Shown: positions 1 through 10,314, counted from the first letter of the stretch. The stretch is 64,000 nucleotides of DNA from an uncultured Methanomassiliicoccus sp. (GCA_944319735.1 CALUEU010000007.1:1189-65188); one strand, 5' to 3'. The notes: generated by a model from the letters alone, not told the origin. Translations and numbers: made by a program.

Positions 1-1
1 T

Positions 2-280
2 GATGCAATAATGAATTATGGTGAAAAACCCGGAGATGTTATGATTCTAGACCGTGAGGCCTTCAGCAACAGCGTCCACGGCATCAATGCTCACGAGGCA
101 AACATACCTTCCACAATTGAACTCGGCTTGAAGCTGGCTCCAGATACATTTCCCAGAGACATAAAATTCGTGGCTGTGGAGGTAAATGATGTGTTTACAG
201 TAAATGACAAGATGACTCCAGAAATTGAAGCCGCCTTGCCTGAAGCTGTAAACACAGTTTTGAAACTGATTAAAGAGTAA
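2..280 (+). CDS. Ni-Fe hydrogenase maturation endopeptidase-like (HycI/FrhD type), C-terminal part; 5' end outside window
   Basis: Frame is open from the window edge. DAIMNYGEKPGDVMILD and SNSVHG resemble the Asp and His ligand regions of hydrogenase maturation proteases. TAA stop at 278-280. Confidence 0.45.
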   Translation, partial: DAIMNYGEKPGDVMILDREAFSNSVHGINAHEANIPSTIELGLKLAPDTFPRDIKFVAVEVNDVFTVNDKMTPEIEAALPEAVNTVLKLIKE

Positions 281-1552
281 TCAGAAGTCAAGGTCTTCTA
301 GACTTTTGACTGCTTTTTTACTCTCTTTCTCAGGTGCATGGATCGCTATGCTCAGTTTGCTTCTGTCAAGCAGCTGGTCTGCGATCTTTGACACATCTTC
401 TTCTGTCACTGCATCCATCTTTTTAAGAAGATCTTCAATGCTCGTGACCTTTCCTGTAGCCATGTAGGATTCTCCAAGCCTCATCATGCGGGCCTCGCTT
501 GATTCAAACCTTCTCACATATGCGCCTTTCATCATGTGTTTGGCTCTATCAAGCTCTCCCGGTTTCAGCCCTTCTTCCTTCAGTTTCTTTATTTCTGCTG
601 CTACAAGCCTTATGATCTCTTCTTCTTTCTTTACGTCAGTGTTGAACAGAATGTCTAAAGTTCCGCAGTCTGTGTATGCTGTGCCGCTCGAATAGATCTC
701 ATAGACCATTCCGGTTTTTTCTCTTATTTCCTGAAACAGGCGTGATGACATTCCCGCTCCGAACACTGCAGACATAAGTCTCTGTGCATGTCTCTCAGGA
801 TCTGCGGATTTCAGGCCGGGAAATCCCATGCAGATGTACGCCTGCGGATCTTTCTTTGGATAAACCATGAATCTGGCATTTGGTGCAGGTGCAGTTCTTT
901 CTCTTTCCTGAGCCTTTGCAAGATCATCGAAGTTTTCTGACGCCCAGGAGACGATTTTATCTTCATCTATGTTGCCTGTTGCAATCACTGCCATTCTGGG
1001 AGGCCTGTAGTTAGCTTCAAAGAATTCTCTGAGGTCTTCAGCGTTGAGTGCCTTAACAGTCTCTACAAAACCTGCTTCCGATCTTCCAAGAGGGTGTCCT
1101 CCCCAGATGGTCTGTGAAAATAAAGTGTGGATATAATCGTCAGGATCGTTTTCCATCATCCTGATTTCCTGAATTACTACATTTCTCTCAGTGTCAAGAT
1201 CGCTCTGTTTCAGCAGGGGATTCTTAACCATGTCTGAAAGTATGTCTGCGCTGTTGTGAAACGTCTCGTCTAAGGAAGAGATGTGGTAACATGTAACCTC
1301 ATAAGTGGTGTATCCGTTATGTTCCCCGCCGGCTGCTTCAATTTCTTCGGCAATGTCTTTGGAACTTCTTTTAGGAGTTCCTTTGAACATCATATGCTCC
1401 AGAAGGTGAGCTATGCCTGCTTTATCATCAGTTTCGTCTCTTGAACCTGTTCCAAAGTATACAGCGGCTGAAGCTGAATGAGAATGTGAAATTGACTCCG
1501 TGATTACTGGAATGCCTGCAGAAGTGTGTAGTAATTTTATATCATCACTCAT
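281..1552 (-). CDS. M16 (pitrilysin) family zinc peptidase
   Basis: 423-aa ORF with the inverted zinc motif HLLEH (HxxEH) and a downstream GGEHNGYT glutamate region typical of M16 peptidases. Confidence 0.85.
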   Translation of the reverse strand: MSDDIKLLHTSAGIPVITESISHSHSASAAVYFGTGSRDETDDKAGIAHLLEHMMFKGTPKRSSKDIAEEIEAAGGEHNGYTTYEVTCYHISSLDETFHNSADILSDMVKNPLLKQSDLDTERNVVIQEIRMMENDPDDYIHTLFSQTIWGGHPLGRSEAGFVETVKALNAEDLREFFEANYRPPRMAVIATGNIDEDKIVSWASENFDDLAKAQERERTAPAPNARFMVYPKKDPQAYICMGFPGLKSADPERHAQRLMSAVFGAGMSSRLFQEIREKTGMVYEIYSSGTAYTDCGTLDILFNTDVKKEEEIIRLVAAEIKKLKEEGLKPGELDRAKHMMKGAYVRRFESSEARMMRLGESYMATGKVTSIEDLLKKMDAVTEEDVSKIADQLLDRSKLSIAIHAPEKESKKAVKSLEDLDF

Positions 1553-1647
1553 ACCTGCACTTACACTCTATTGGAGATATCTCTTTTTCCCTTAAATTTC
1601 GAAAAGTAAGTATAGCATTTGCTCCCAAAATGTTCTGAGGCGTAGAT

Positions 1648-2406
1648 ATGGTTTCAGAACTTAAGATCCATGAGTACCGCGATAATATCTTTGAAAGCGG
1701 AATGATGATCGTCGGATTTCCGTCAGTCGGGCTGGTCAGTTCGATAGCAACCAACTATATTGTCAGGACATCCAATTTAAACAGAATCGCTGGAATTCTT
1801 TCTCCTGACTTTCCCCCCTACACTTTGATCAATCAGGGTGTGCCTTCACCTCCTGTAAGGATTTACGCCGGCGACAGGAAATGCACAAACACCGAGCTGT
1901 GCAAACAGATTGTAGCCGTCGTTGCAGAGTTTATGCCCAAGCCTGAGACGATCAAGCCTCTTGCCGACTCACTTCTGGATTACTGTGATGAAAAAGGAAT
2001 CAAGACTGTAGTGACTTTGGAAGGAGTTGCCAAACCAGGTTCTTCCGACCTCAATCCCATGGGAGTAGGAAGTACACAGGCTGCAAGGGACATGCTCTCC
2101 AGATATGGCGTGGAAGAAATGAAGGAGGGAATAATCAGCGGAATATCCGGTGTGCTGCTTTATGAGGGCGAGAGAAGAGACATAGATGTCATGTGTCTCC
2201 TGGGTGCTGCCAGAGCCGAATTCCCCGATGCCCGCGGGTCTGCAAAACTCTTAGAAGTAGTTGCAAAAATGCTTCCAGAACTAAAAATTGATCCTGATCC
2301 GCTGTACCGTGAAGCTGAAGAAATGGAGAAACAGCTTAAAAAGGCTCAGGAGAGCACAAACCCTCAGCACAAATCTTCCTTTGAAGATTCGGTCATTTAT
2401 GGCTGA
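1648..2406 (+). CDS. PAC2-family proteasome assembly chaperone-like protein
   Basis: 252-aa ORF. N-terminal MIVGFPSVGLVSSIATNYIV and overall layout match archaeal COG1938/PAC2 proteins. Confidence 0.6.
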   Translation: MVSELKIHEYRDNIFESGMMIVGFPSVGLVSSIATNYIVRTSNLNRIAGILSPDFPPYTLINQGVPSPPVRIYAGDRKCTNTELCKQIVAVVAEFMPKPETIKPLADSLLDYCDEKGIKTVVTLEGVAKPGSSDLNPMGVGSTQAARDMLSRYGVEEMKEGIISGISGVLLYEGERRDIDVMCLLGAARAEFPDARGSAKLLEVVAKMLPELKIDPDPLYREAEEMEKQLKKAQESTNPQHKSSFEDSVIYG

Positions 2407-2493
2407 GCTGTTTCATCAAAAGGCCGCCTCTCTGGATTAATAAGGGGGCGGCTGATGCAAACGCTTAAATTAGTAGTTCTGGTTACATCGCGC

Positions 2494-2964
2494 ATGCATC
2501 TTGTTCCGAAGAAGTTCTTCGTTTCATCTGGCTGCGCAGTAAGTAAAGTTTCAGACCTCAATGCATTTGATAAGGCATTACTTGAGGCAGGTATCGGAGA
2601 GCTTAACATAGTTTCAGTATCATCCATTTTACCAATTGGTGCCGAACAGGTAAGCATCAGAGAGCTGCCTATGGGCGCAATCACTCATTGTGTCTTGGCT
2701 CAAATGCGTGGCGGCGAGGGTGAAATGATCTCCGCAGGTATCGCATATGGTCTCCGCAAAGACGGAAAGGGAGGCTATGTAGCTGAAGGTCACATCCACG
2801 GAAGCAAAAAAGCCCTTCGTGAAATCATGGAATGGAAAATGGATGAAATGTCAAAACTTCGTGGAATCGAGATGGAAAAAATCGAGTACCGCTTAGAAGA
2901 ATTGTCAGTTCCCATGGACCATTACGGTGCATGCTTAGCAGCACTAGTATTCGTTGAGTACTGA
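2494..2964 (+). CDS. pdaD: pyruvoyl-dependent arginine decarboxylase
   Basis: MHLVPKKFFVSSG start and the VSVSSILP self-cleavage serine region are typical of PdaD. ATG 2494 is preferred over the upstream ORF-track start at 2455. Confidence 0.85.
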   Translation: MHLVPKKFFVSSGCAVSKVSDLNAFDKALLEAGIGELNIVSVSSILPIGAEQVSIRELPMGAITHCVLAQMRGGEGEMISAGIAYGLRKDGKGGYVAEGHIHGSKKALREIMEWKMDEMSKLRGIEMEKIEYRLEELSVPMDHYGACLAALVFVEY

Positions 2965-3401
2965 TGTTAGGTGTAATCGTCTGCTCCAAGTGCTCTACAG
3001 TACAAGGAGCAGATCTAAAATCCGCCCATGTGACCTGTCCCCGCTGCGGTGCGAGGATTGAGGTAAAACGGGCGAAAGTATATTTTTCTACTGAATCACC
3101 GAAAGAGCTAGCTGAAGCTGTACGTCAGATCAGCGAGCAGATGAAATACGATATTGAAAACCCTCCTGAAAAACCTAGAAAACGCATCAGGGTCAAAAAG
3201 TCAAAACCAAAGCCTGAGGATGAGGCGGCTGTACGATCTGCTCTTATGAAAATTCAGGAAAAGAAAGAGACATTGACAAAAGCGGATATCGGCAAAGCGC
3301 TGCAGATCAAAGATAGCATCGAACTTGATGAAACGATCTCTAAGATGCTCCTTGCCGGAATATTGTGTGAAGTGTCTCCTGAATGCTACCGGCTTGTTTA
3401 A
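2964..3401 (+). CDS. zinc-ribbon protein (DUF1922-like N-terminus), unknown function
   Basis: CSKC..(17)..CPRCG zinc ribbon followed by a basic linker and a helical C-terminus. The start overlaps the pdaD stop (TGATG). Confidence 0.5.
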   Translation: MLGVIVCSKCSTVQGADLKSAHVTCPRCGARIEVKRAKVYFSTESPKELAEAVRQISEQMKYDIENPPEKPRKRIRVKKSKPKPEDEAAVRSALMKIQEKKETLTKADIGKALQIKDSIELDETISKMLLAGILCEVSPECYRLV

Positions 3402-3964
3402 TCAATTTTTATTTCATAGGTGATGATTTCTATTTCGTAAATAATCATCATTAAAAACAATGATGAATAAACAAACTCGTCTGGAATTACAAATATATTC
3501 AATATCAGCAACAGTATAGAAAATACGATGAGGGTGAGTCCGTAGTTCCAGCGTCTCCACTTCTTGTCATCCGAATCCAGATTTTTATCCATACAGGTAA
3601 TAGTTCCGATAATGCCTAAGCAGATGCATATGAAGATTATTGGAATTTCGACTATGTTTCCGAGTGTTATAGCGATTATAAATGCGATTAGTACCAAACT
3701 GTAAAGTATAACTCTCTGTGCAGATTCTTTAATTTCAGGGTCTTTTATTGGTATGTTTCTTGATATCAGTATAGCAACTGTGCTGAATGTAATAAGATAT
3801 ACAGGAGCAATCAAAACATCGAATTTAGTGTATGTGTTATGGATTGAAGAATATATGATGTTTTGAGGAATAAACAGTAGCATAAGCAACGCTGCAATTA
3901 AAAACGCCAGATTACACGCTATTGTTGCCAAATAAAGACGTTTGTTGTTTATCCCGACTGTCAT
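3398..3964 (-). CDS. hypothetical multi-pass membrane protein
   Basis: 188-aa ORF that is almost entirely hydrophobic helices. AT-rich. No recognisable motif. Confidence 0.5.
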   Translation of the reverse strand: MTVGINNKRLYLATIACNLAFLIAALLMLLFIPQNIIYSSIHNTYTKFDVLIAPVYLITFSTVAILISRNIPIKDPEIKESAQRVILYSLVLIAFIIAITLGNIVEIPIIFICICLGIIGTITCMDKNLDSDDKKWRRWNYGLTLIVFSILLLILNIFVIPDEFVYSSLFLMMIIYEIEIITYEIKID

Positions 3965-4017
3965 CTTCCCATAATTGCTTTTTAAGTATGTAATATTATT
4001 CTTAATTATTTAATACA

Positions 4018-4674
4018 TTATTTCTTACCGACTGCACAGAGCCAGTCATCCTTTGTATCTGTATTAATATCTGAAAATCCAGCCTTTTCCAGCTCTTCTT
4101 TAATTCCTTTTTCACTGGGAATGTGCATATCAACAATGTCCCGGTAATCTTTCCAGATTTCTAGGTTGTTATCGCTCCTTGCTTCGAATATCAAAAGAAT
4201 TGAACCGTGAGGTTTTAAAGTTCTTTTCACTTCTTTTAAATCTTCAATAGGATTGGGCCAGAAATAGTAAGTTTCAATTCCAGTAACTAAATCAAAAGAG
4301 CCGTCATCATATGGAAGATTTGACACAGAACCCTGTCTTATCTCGATTTTTCCACTTTTAACATCTTCTTTATTTTTCTTTTTAGACTCTTTTACACTGA
4401 CATCCGAATGATCAATTCCGCAGAGTTTTCCCTCAACTGCTATCTTTGACATTTTCGACAGCGCGTTTCCTCCTCCGCATCCTACGTCTAAAATATGAAA
4501 TTGCGGCTCGATGCTTACATGGCTGAGACCCCAGTCTGTCAGAGAATTGTGATGAATATTCATTGATGATATTATGCGGGATCCCCAGAAGCCGGTTGGT
4601 TTCTTTGCGTTAGTTATTGTTCTCTTTGCATTGCCGCTCATTCTATTATCTCTCCCTTTCACTCTCCTATCCAT
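4018..4674 (-). CDS. class I SAM-dependent methyltransferase
   Basis: Motif I ILDVGCGGGN and the later acidic loop are typical of the Rossmann-fold methyltransferase_11/25 type. Confidence 0.8.
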   Translation of the reverse strand: MDRRVKGRDNRMSGNAKRTITNAKKPTGFWGSRIISSMNIHHNSLTDWGLSHVSIEPQFHILDVGCGGGNALSKMSKIAVEGKLCGIDHSDVSVKESKKKNKEDVKSGKIEIRQGSVSNLPYDDGSFDLVTGIETYYFWPNPIEDLKEVKRTLKPHGSILLIFEARSDNNLEIWKDYRDIVDMHIPSEKGIKEELEKAGFSDINTDTKDDWLCAVGKK

Positions 4675-5094
4675 CTTGTTAGTCTTAGCTTTTTCTGAAA
4701 ATCATCTACACCTTTCTTTAACGATCTAAGCTGATGGTCATTTGATATTACAAGCTAGTCAAGATCACATTCATCATAAGAATTATGATTTTTTTCTTTT
4801 TAATAACTAATTTTGTTGATATTGTCCACTCTCACAAACAACAATATTTCTGTGTTGTGAATCCACCCCACAATCTAAAAATTCAAAGTATGCTGATAAA
4901 TGTCTTATTCTAAAAGTGATATTGTTCTCTTTCAAGACAGATTATAAAAATTTTCATCTTTTGTTATAGAGCAGTTTTCATAATCAATCATAATTTGCAA
5001 GTGATTATGAGAATTTTTGATAACTGCATCTAATCATTCAGCAAATACGAATGCATTAAATTTTACAAAACATCAATCTAAAAAATATCAAAAG

Positions 5095-5167
5095 TGGACA
5101 GGGGGGGATTTGAACCCCCGGCCTCTACCATGCCAAGGTAGCGATCTTCCAACTGATCTACCTGCCC
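5095..5167 (-). tRNA. tRNA-Ala (anticodon GGC)
   Basis: 73-nt cloverleaf read by hand: acceptor GGGCAGG/CCTGTCC with G3:U70, anticodon loop TTGGCAT, T-arm GGGGG-TTCAAAT-CCCCC, discriminator A. CCA is not encoded. Confidence 0.95.
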
Positions 5168-5203
5168 GAGTATGACCGCCAAAGTTATCTTACTTATTAA
5201 AGC

Positions 5204-6640
5204 TTACTGTTGAGTCTTCTCTTTGAATGAATCCAGGGTGTGTTGTGTTCTGCACTTTTCCCCGGGAACATTTGTCGGATACTCGCCGTTTAAGCATGCA
5301 ACGCACAGTTTGCTTGCTGGCATGCCTATGGCTTCCTCAACATCACAGATAGTGGTGTACTTTACGCTGTCTGCAGTAAGATACTCTGCAATCTCGTCAA
5401 TGCTTCTGTTTGTAGCTATGAATTGGTCCCTTGTACGCATATCCACGCCGTAATAGCATGGAGCTATGACTGGAGGACATCCAATGCGTACATGAACCTC
5501 TTTAGCGCCTGCTTTCCTAAGGAGCTGTATGATTTTCCTTAAGGTAGTTCCTCTTACAATTGAGTCATCTACAACAACAATGCGTTTGCCGGCAACTGTT
5601 GATTTGATTGGATTCAGTTTGAGACCGACTCCTTCCTCTCTCATAGATTGCTCGGGAAGAATGAAAGTACGCTCCACATAGCGGTTCTTCATGAATCCTT
5701 CTTCATAGGGAATACCTGATTCTGCAGCATATCCTATTGCATGAGCCCTTCCGGAATCCGGAACAGGAATGACAACATCTGCATCCACAGGGTGTTCTCT
5801 TGCCAGGATCATTCCCAGCCTCTTTCTTACATCATAGACTTCTCTGCCGTCAAGGACTGAATCAGGACGTGCAAAATAAATCCATTCAAACATGCAGTAA
5901 GCACTGCTCTCCTTTGAGCTGGATGGATAAACTGTGTATCCGTCTGAAGAAATCTCAACAATTTCACCAGGGTTTACATCTCTTACAAATTGACCTTGCA
6001 AAATATCAAAAACAGCGGATTCAGACGCAAGTCCGTATCCCTTGTCTAATTTCCCTATGCTTAAGGGGTGGAATCCCAGAGGATCACGCACTCCAAAAAT
6101 TCTGTTTTTAATCATTATCACAAGAGAGTATGCACCATCCAATGAGCGCATTACATTCCTGATGGCTTTTATTGGATCTACACCTTCTTTCAGTTCATTT
6201 ACAAGCAGTCTGATAATTATTTCAGAATCAGTAGTTGTCAGGAATGCCCATCCTATATTCTGGAGCTTTTCTCTCATGGCTTCAGAATTTACAAGATCTC
6301 CATTATGTCCTACAGCTACATCGCCTATGGCAGAAGTGACTACAATTGGCTGACAATTTTGGGCTACTGAACGACCGGTAGTGGAATATCGAACATGTCC
6401 GATTCCATAGTTACCTTCAATTTCGTTGTAATGTGGCCCGCTTAAAACTTCATGTACTAACCCTATATTAGCTAGGGATTGTATTTTATCATCTTTATAT
6501 ACAGCTATGCCAGCTCCTTCCTGACCACGGTGTTGAATAACTCTTAATGCCCGCTTCAGAGAAGGAACAGCATCTGAAGTCAATGCCATGGCGACAACCC
6601 CGCAATAATGTCCGGGCATGTCGACCATGTAATCCTCCAT
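5204..6640 (-). CDS. purF: amidophosphoribosyltransferase
   Basis: N-terminal propeptide then catalytic Cys (GHYCGVVAM), a PRPP-binding loop (VVVDDSIVRGTT) and a C-terminal Cys cluster. Confidence 0.95.
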   Translation of the reverse strand: MEDYMVDMPGHYCGVVAMALTSDAVPSLKRALRVIQHRGQEGAGIAVYKDDKIQSLANIGLVHEVLSGPHYNEIEGNYGIGHVRYSTTGRSVAQNCQPIVVTSAIGDVAVGHNGDLVNSEAMREKLQNIGWAFLTTTDSEIIIRLLVNELKEGVDPIKAIRNVMRSLDGAYSLVIMIKNRIFGVRDPLGFHPLSIGKLDKGYGLASESAVFDILQGQFVRDVNPGEIVEISSDGYTVYPSSSKESSAYCMFEWIYFARPDSVLDGREVYDVRKRLGMILAREHPVDADVVIPVPDSGRAHAIGYAAESGIPYEEGFMKNRYVERTFILPEQSMREEGVGLKLNPIKSTVAGKRIVVVDDSIVRGTTLRKIIQLLRKAGAKEVHVRIGCPPVIAPCYYGVDMRTRDQFIATNRSIDEIAEYLTADSVKYTTICDVEEAIGMPASKLCVACLNGEYPTNVPGEKCRTQHTLDSFKEKTQQ

Positions 6641-6807
6641 TAGTGCTGTTTAGCCCAGGAATAGGATCTAATCCTGGTGGTCTTGCCATATCCGCAGGAG
6701 GCGCATGTGCCTTTTACGATGTTGTATGCGCTCCTTCCGCAACGGCGGCAAGGTATGTGAGACTTGCCGCTTGATCTCTTACCCATAGAGGGAGTACCTT
6801 TTCCCAT
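6640..6807 (-). CDS. rpl37e: 50S ribosomal protein L37e
   Basis: 55-aa ORF translated by hand: [55 protein letters not shown] (C4 zinc ribbon). AAGGAG sits upstream. Its TAA overlaps the purF ATG (TAATG). Below the ORF-track size cutoff. Confidence 0.9.
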   Translation of the reverse strand: MGKGTPSMGKRSSGKSHIPCRRCGRSAYNIVKGTCASCGYGKTTRIRSYSWAKQH

Positions 6808-6832
6808 ATCTTCATCTCCTTAGTAAATCTGA

Positions 6833-7057
6833 TTACGGTGAAATATAGATCACATTGTCCCCGCGCACGATTGTCAAATCGAGCTTTCTCACCACTTCGT
6901 TGTTCACAAGTTCTTCAGCGTTTTTAAGCACTAAATTCATGTGTGGGTCATATCCGTCAAGGATTCCCCTGTATTCTCTGCCTGCCTTTAGCTCAACGAT
7001 TACGGGACGATTAATCGTCTGATTCAGAACGGTGAGAGGTTTCTGCATTACATCCAC
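6833..7057 (-). CDS. Sm-like archaeal protein (LSm/SmAP1)
   Basis: 74-aa ORF with Sm1/Sm2 motifs ([24 protein letters not shown]). It lies immediately upstream of L37e, as in many archaea. Confidence 0.9.
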   Translation of the reverse strand: MDVMQKPLTVLNQTINRPVIVELKAGREYRGILDGYDPHMNLVLKNAEELVNNEVVRKLDLTIVRGDNVIYISP

Positions 7058-7106
7058 CAGGGAACCCCATAAATCCAGGGACTATTTGAAGCTAACTACA
7101 CTCCTT

Positions 7107-8231
7107 TTACAGAAATGCTCCAATCGTAGGTGCATCTAAACGGTCCATATCATAGGCAATTATGCCTTCCGTCATACCTCTGGCATCAAGCTTCCATCCG
7201 TTGATGTGAGCTATCAGAGAGGCTCTCCACAGCACATCGAGTGCTGAGGTAGCTATCATGCCGTAGTAGGCGTTTGCTAAGTAATCTTCGTAGCCGTAGT
7301 CATCTACGAGGTAGTAGGTGTAGCCCATGGAACTGTCTCTGTTGTTGAGTGTGTTGAGATATTCAAGGAATATCTGTATGCCGTCTCCCTCAGGGGCCAG
7401 CAGTTCTATTTTCTGAGGATCAATCTTGCCTGCCGGGGTCAGAACACCGTCGTCGCCCATGATTGCCCATTCAATCTCGTTGTCTTCGGCCATGAACACG
7501 TTCCATCTGTTGAGGGGGTCGCAGTACACCGGAGCTGAGTAAATATCTTCAGCGATGAGGGACTCCATTCCCGTTTCCATCGTTGAAATCTCCAGATCTT
7601 TCTTTGAGTACTCTCTGCCTTCAACATCTTCTGGGAATTCCATTTCCTCATCTTCGCAGGACATATCGAGAATCTTAGCGAGATACTGCAGGTTCATCAT
7701 CTGCGGAATTTTTTCTCTGACTTTCTTGCGCAGATGGTCAGGAGTGCGGTAAGTGCCTGCCTCCTTGCAGTTGTTCTCAAATTCACGATACACTTCTTTT
7801 GACTGAGCCAGATATTCTCTTAGTTCGTCCATGTGATCGGAGACCATGTTGGCTCCTACAACTAGAGCGTCTTCGCCGGTCTTTCCCCAGACTCCGCGGC
7901 AGGAGAGATCTAATTCCACCTGTATTCTGTCTCCAGAGTAGAGATGGAACGGAAACTGTCTGCAGTAATGCGGTCTGTTGTTGTAGATGGTGCACCTTCT
8001 ATTAGGTGCGAGAAATATGCATGGTCCTTCTTTGTTCTTAAGGGCCAGAGCTGTGTATCTGTGAGGTTCTGTCTTCTGCACGATGTTTTTTGGATAGTTC
8101 TTTTTGAAGAACGGAACTTCTTCAGGCAGCACCTCTGCTTGGCACAGGCAGCATAACCCGCATTCTTCGTAGCAGGTAAACATCTTGCCCTCAAGCTCAG
8201 ACAAATCCACATCAAGATTTTGAATAGACAA
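7107..8231 (-). CDS. YkgJ-type cysteine-cluster protein with large C-terminal extension
   Basis: N-terminal CYEECGLCCLC and CIFL..RRCTIYNNRPHYCRQFP match the CxxCxxCC (UPF0153/YkgJ) pattern. The remainder is unassigned. Confidence 0.5.
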   Translation of the reverse strand: MSIQNLDVDLSELEGKMFTCYEECGLCCLCQAEVLPEEVPFFKKNYPKNIVQKTEPHRYTALALKNKEGPCIFLAPNRRCTIYNNRPHYCRQFPFHLYSGDRIQVELDLSCRGVWGKTGEDALVVGANMVSDHMDELREYLAQSKEVYREFENNCKEAGTYRTPDHLRKKVREKIPQMMNLQYLAKILDMSCEDEEMEFPEDVEGREYSKKDLEISTMETGMESLIAEDIYSAPVYCDPLNRWNVFMAEDNEIEWAIMGDDGVLTPAGKIDPQKIELLAPEGDGIQIFLEYLNTLNNRDSSMGYTYYLVDDYGYEDYLANAYYGMIATSALDVLWRASLIAHINGWKLDARGMTEGIIAYDMDRLDAPTIGAFL

Positions 8232-9477
8232 TTACATCCTTCCCAGCTCTGTCTCCGACGATGCTCCCCTCATCAATGAGCAGATTTCCGCCAAGCATTA
8301 CCGCCTGAGGAAACAGAGCATCAAATCCTTCAAACAAGCTCCAGCCGCACTTGCTATGCAGGTTCTTAACCTTTATGGCTTCAATGCGCCCAGGATCTAC
8401 AATCATAAAGTCGGCGTCTTTTCCTAGCTCGATGAAACCTTTGTTGAAGCCAAAGATTTCCGCCGGTTTTTCTGAAACAGCATTAACGAATCTCTCTAAG
8501 GGGAACTGCCCTCTTTTCACCATTGCAAGCAGGATCGGAACAGAAGTTTCTACGCCTGGCATTCCTGAAGGGGCATAACCGAACTCCTGCTCTTTGTTCT
8601 CGATGGTGTGAGGTGCGTGATCGGAACCCAGCATGCTTATTTTACCTTCTGCGAACGCTTTCATCAATGCAAAGCGGTCTTCCCTTGTCCTTAGAGGAGG
8701 ATTGACCTTAGCATAGGTGCCTTTTCCCACGCTGTCTTTATCAAAAAATAAGTGGTGGGCTGTGACTTCAGATGTGAAGCTGGTGTCCTGCAGAGCTTCC
8801 AGACCTGGAGATGAGGAGACATGGCAGATGTTTACTCTGCACTCGGCTCCCTTAAGTCTGTTTATTGCCGCCACCTCAGCTTCAGGCGGCCTGTTTTTAG
8901 CATGATCTGAAAGATTTTTCTCAGGGTCTTTAGAAATTAGTTTCTCATCTTCCGCATGCACGCTGAGAACCTTTTCGCACTCATTTGCATCAGCCAGAAT
9001 ATTCTGGATATCTGCATCTTCCGTGATAAGCAGCTTGCCTGTTGATGATCCCATGAAGAGCTTGAAACCAACAGCATGCGGAGCCATGCTCTTGAGGTCT
9101 GATCCGGGAACACAGCCTGCAAAAAGGCCGTAATCTATCCAGGATTTTCTGGAGACAATCTCTTTCTTTTCCAAAAGAGAAGCTTTGGAGATGCTCGGAG
9201 GAACAGTATTCGGCATATCCAGAACACAGGTGATGCCTGCGAATGCCGCTGCCAGGGAACCGCTTGAGAAGTCTTCCTTATCTGTCAGGCCAGGATCTCT
9301 GAAATGTACATGAGGATCAATTGAGCCAGGGAAGATTATGCTGTCTTTGAAATTTATATGGTCGTCTCCTCTGAGATTCTTTCCTATTTCTGAGATCTTA
9401 CCGTCATCTATCCCTATGCACCAGTTGGATATGCTTCCTTTGATGTATGCTCTGCCTTCAATTACCAGTTCGCTCAT
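8212..9477 (-). CDS. pyrC: dihydroorotase
   Basis: DPHVHFRDPG metal-ligand motif and amidohydrolase fold signatures (SDHAPH). Confidence 0.9.
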   Translation of the reverse strand: MSELVIEGRAYIKGSISNWCIGIDDGKISEIGKNLRGDDHINFKDSIIFPGSIDPHVHFRDPGLTDKEDFSSGSLAAAFAGITCVLDMPNTVPPSISKASLLEKKEIVSRKSWIDYGLFAGCVPGSDLKSMAPHAVGFKLFMGSSTGKLLITEDADIQNILADANECEKVLSVHAEDEKLISKDPEKNLSDHAKNRPPEAEVAAINRLKGAECRVNICHVSSSPGLEALQDTSFTSEVTAHHLFFDKDSVGKGTYAKVNPPLRTREDRFALMKAFAEGKISMLGSDHAPHTIENKEQEFGYAPSGMPGVETSVPILLAMVKRGQFPLERFVNAVSEKPAEIFGFNKGFIELGKDADFMIVDPGRIEAIKVKNLHSKCGWSLFEGFDALFPQAVMLGGNLLIDEGSIVGDRAGKDVIVYSKS

Positions 9478-10058
9478 TTTTCCTCATACCTCCTGATCTC
9501 TCCTCTTGGCGAGACTTCAGAGTATATCTCCGCCTGAAAAGTAAACACGCGGGTTTCACTGCTTTTCCATGCGTTGGCTCTGAGACCGGCTTTAGCGCAG
9601 GCATGTGAGAGAAACTCTTCATTGTTCCATTCCCATTCTACAGCGACCTGAGGAAGCAGAAGCCCTCTGTAGTATCCCTTCTCCATGATCAACCCGTCCT
9701 TTCCTATTTGTATTGCTTTGGGTCTGTCTTCCGCTTTAACTGTCAGAAGCTCTGGAACTGTCAGTATAGACACTTCTACGGTGACGGTCTCATCTTTCTG
9801 GAGGTCATTGAAGCGGGGATCATGACATGCATGCTTTGCTGCCTGAATTATCGCCTCGCCCAGAGGATATACGGGTTCAGGAAATCCTATACATCCCCTC
9901 AGCTCTCCGTCGGGATAGGTATTCAGAGTGACGAACACTCCTCTCTTTTCATCAAATGATGCGGGGGCCATGCCAGCATCTGGTGCTTCGTTGCCAACTT
10001 CGGCGTCCACAGCACATCTGGCCAATTTGACTGCAAATATCCCTTCGGCTTCTTCCAT
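9474..10058 (-). CDS. AMMECR1 domain protein
   Basis: LRGCIGFPEP and DPRF motifs are characteristic of AMMECR1. 4-nt overlap with pyrC. Confidence 0.85.
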   Translation of the reverse strand: MEEAEGIFAVKLARCAVDAEVGNEAPDAGMAPASFDEKRGVFVTLNTYPDGELRGCIGFPEPVYPLGEAIIQAAKHACHDPRFNDLQKDETVTVEVSILTVPELLTVKAEDRPKAIQIGKDGLIMEKGYYRGLLLPQVAVEWEWNNEEFLSHACAKAGLRANAWKSSETRVFTFQAEIYSEVSPRGEIRRYEEK

Positions 10059-10314
10059 GAAAATACAATATATCTATTTTGAATAACAACCTACCGATAG
10101 CTGCCGGACTATTCACAGAATGTTAGGAAATATGTATCTCGGACAGTTGGGAAAAATAAAATACAAACCGCTGCATCACTGGACAAGCGTTGCCATATGT
10201 TGTTAAAGGGTGGTATTTTCTGTTTGGAAGTGAGGAATTCTATTGCTTCTAACAACAGTGTTCCGAACTCAGATGCCGCCTTTAGCAGACAGGCACATTG
10301 GGGAGTTATTCGTC

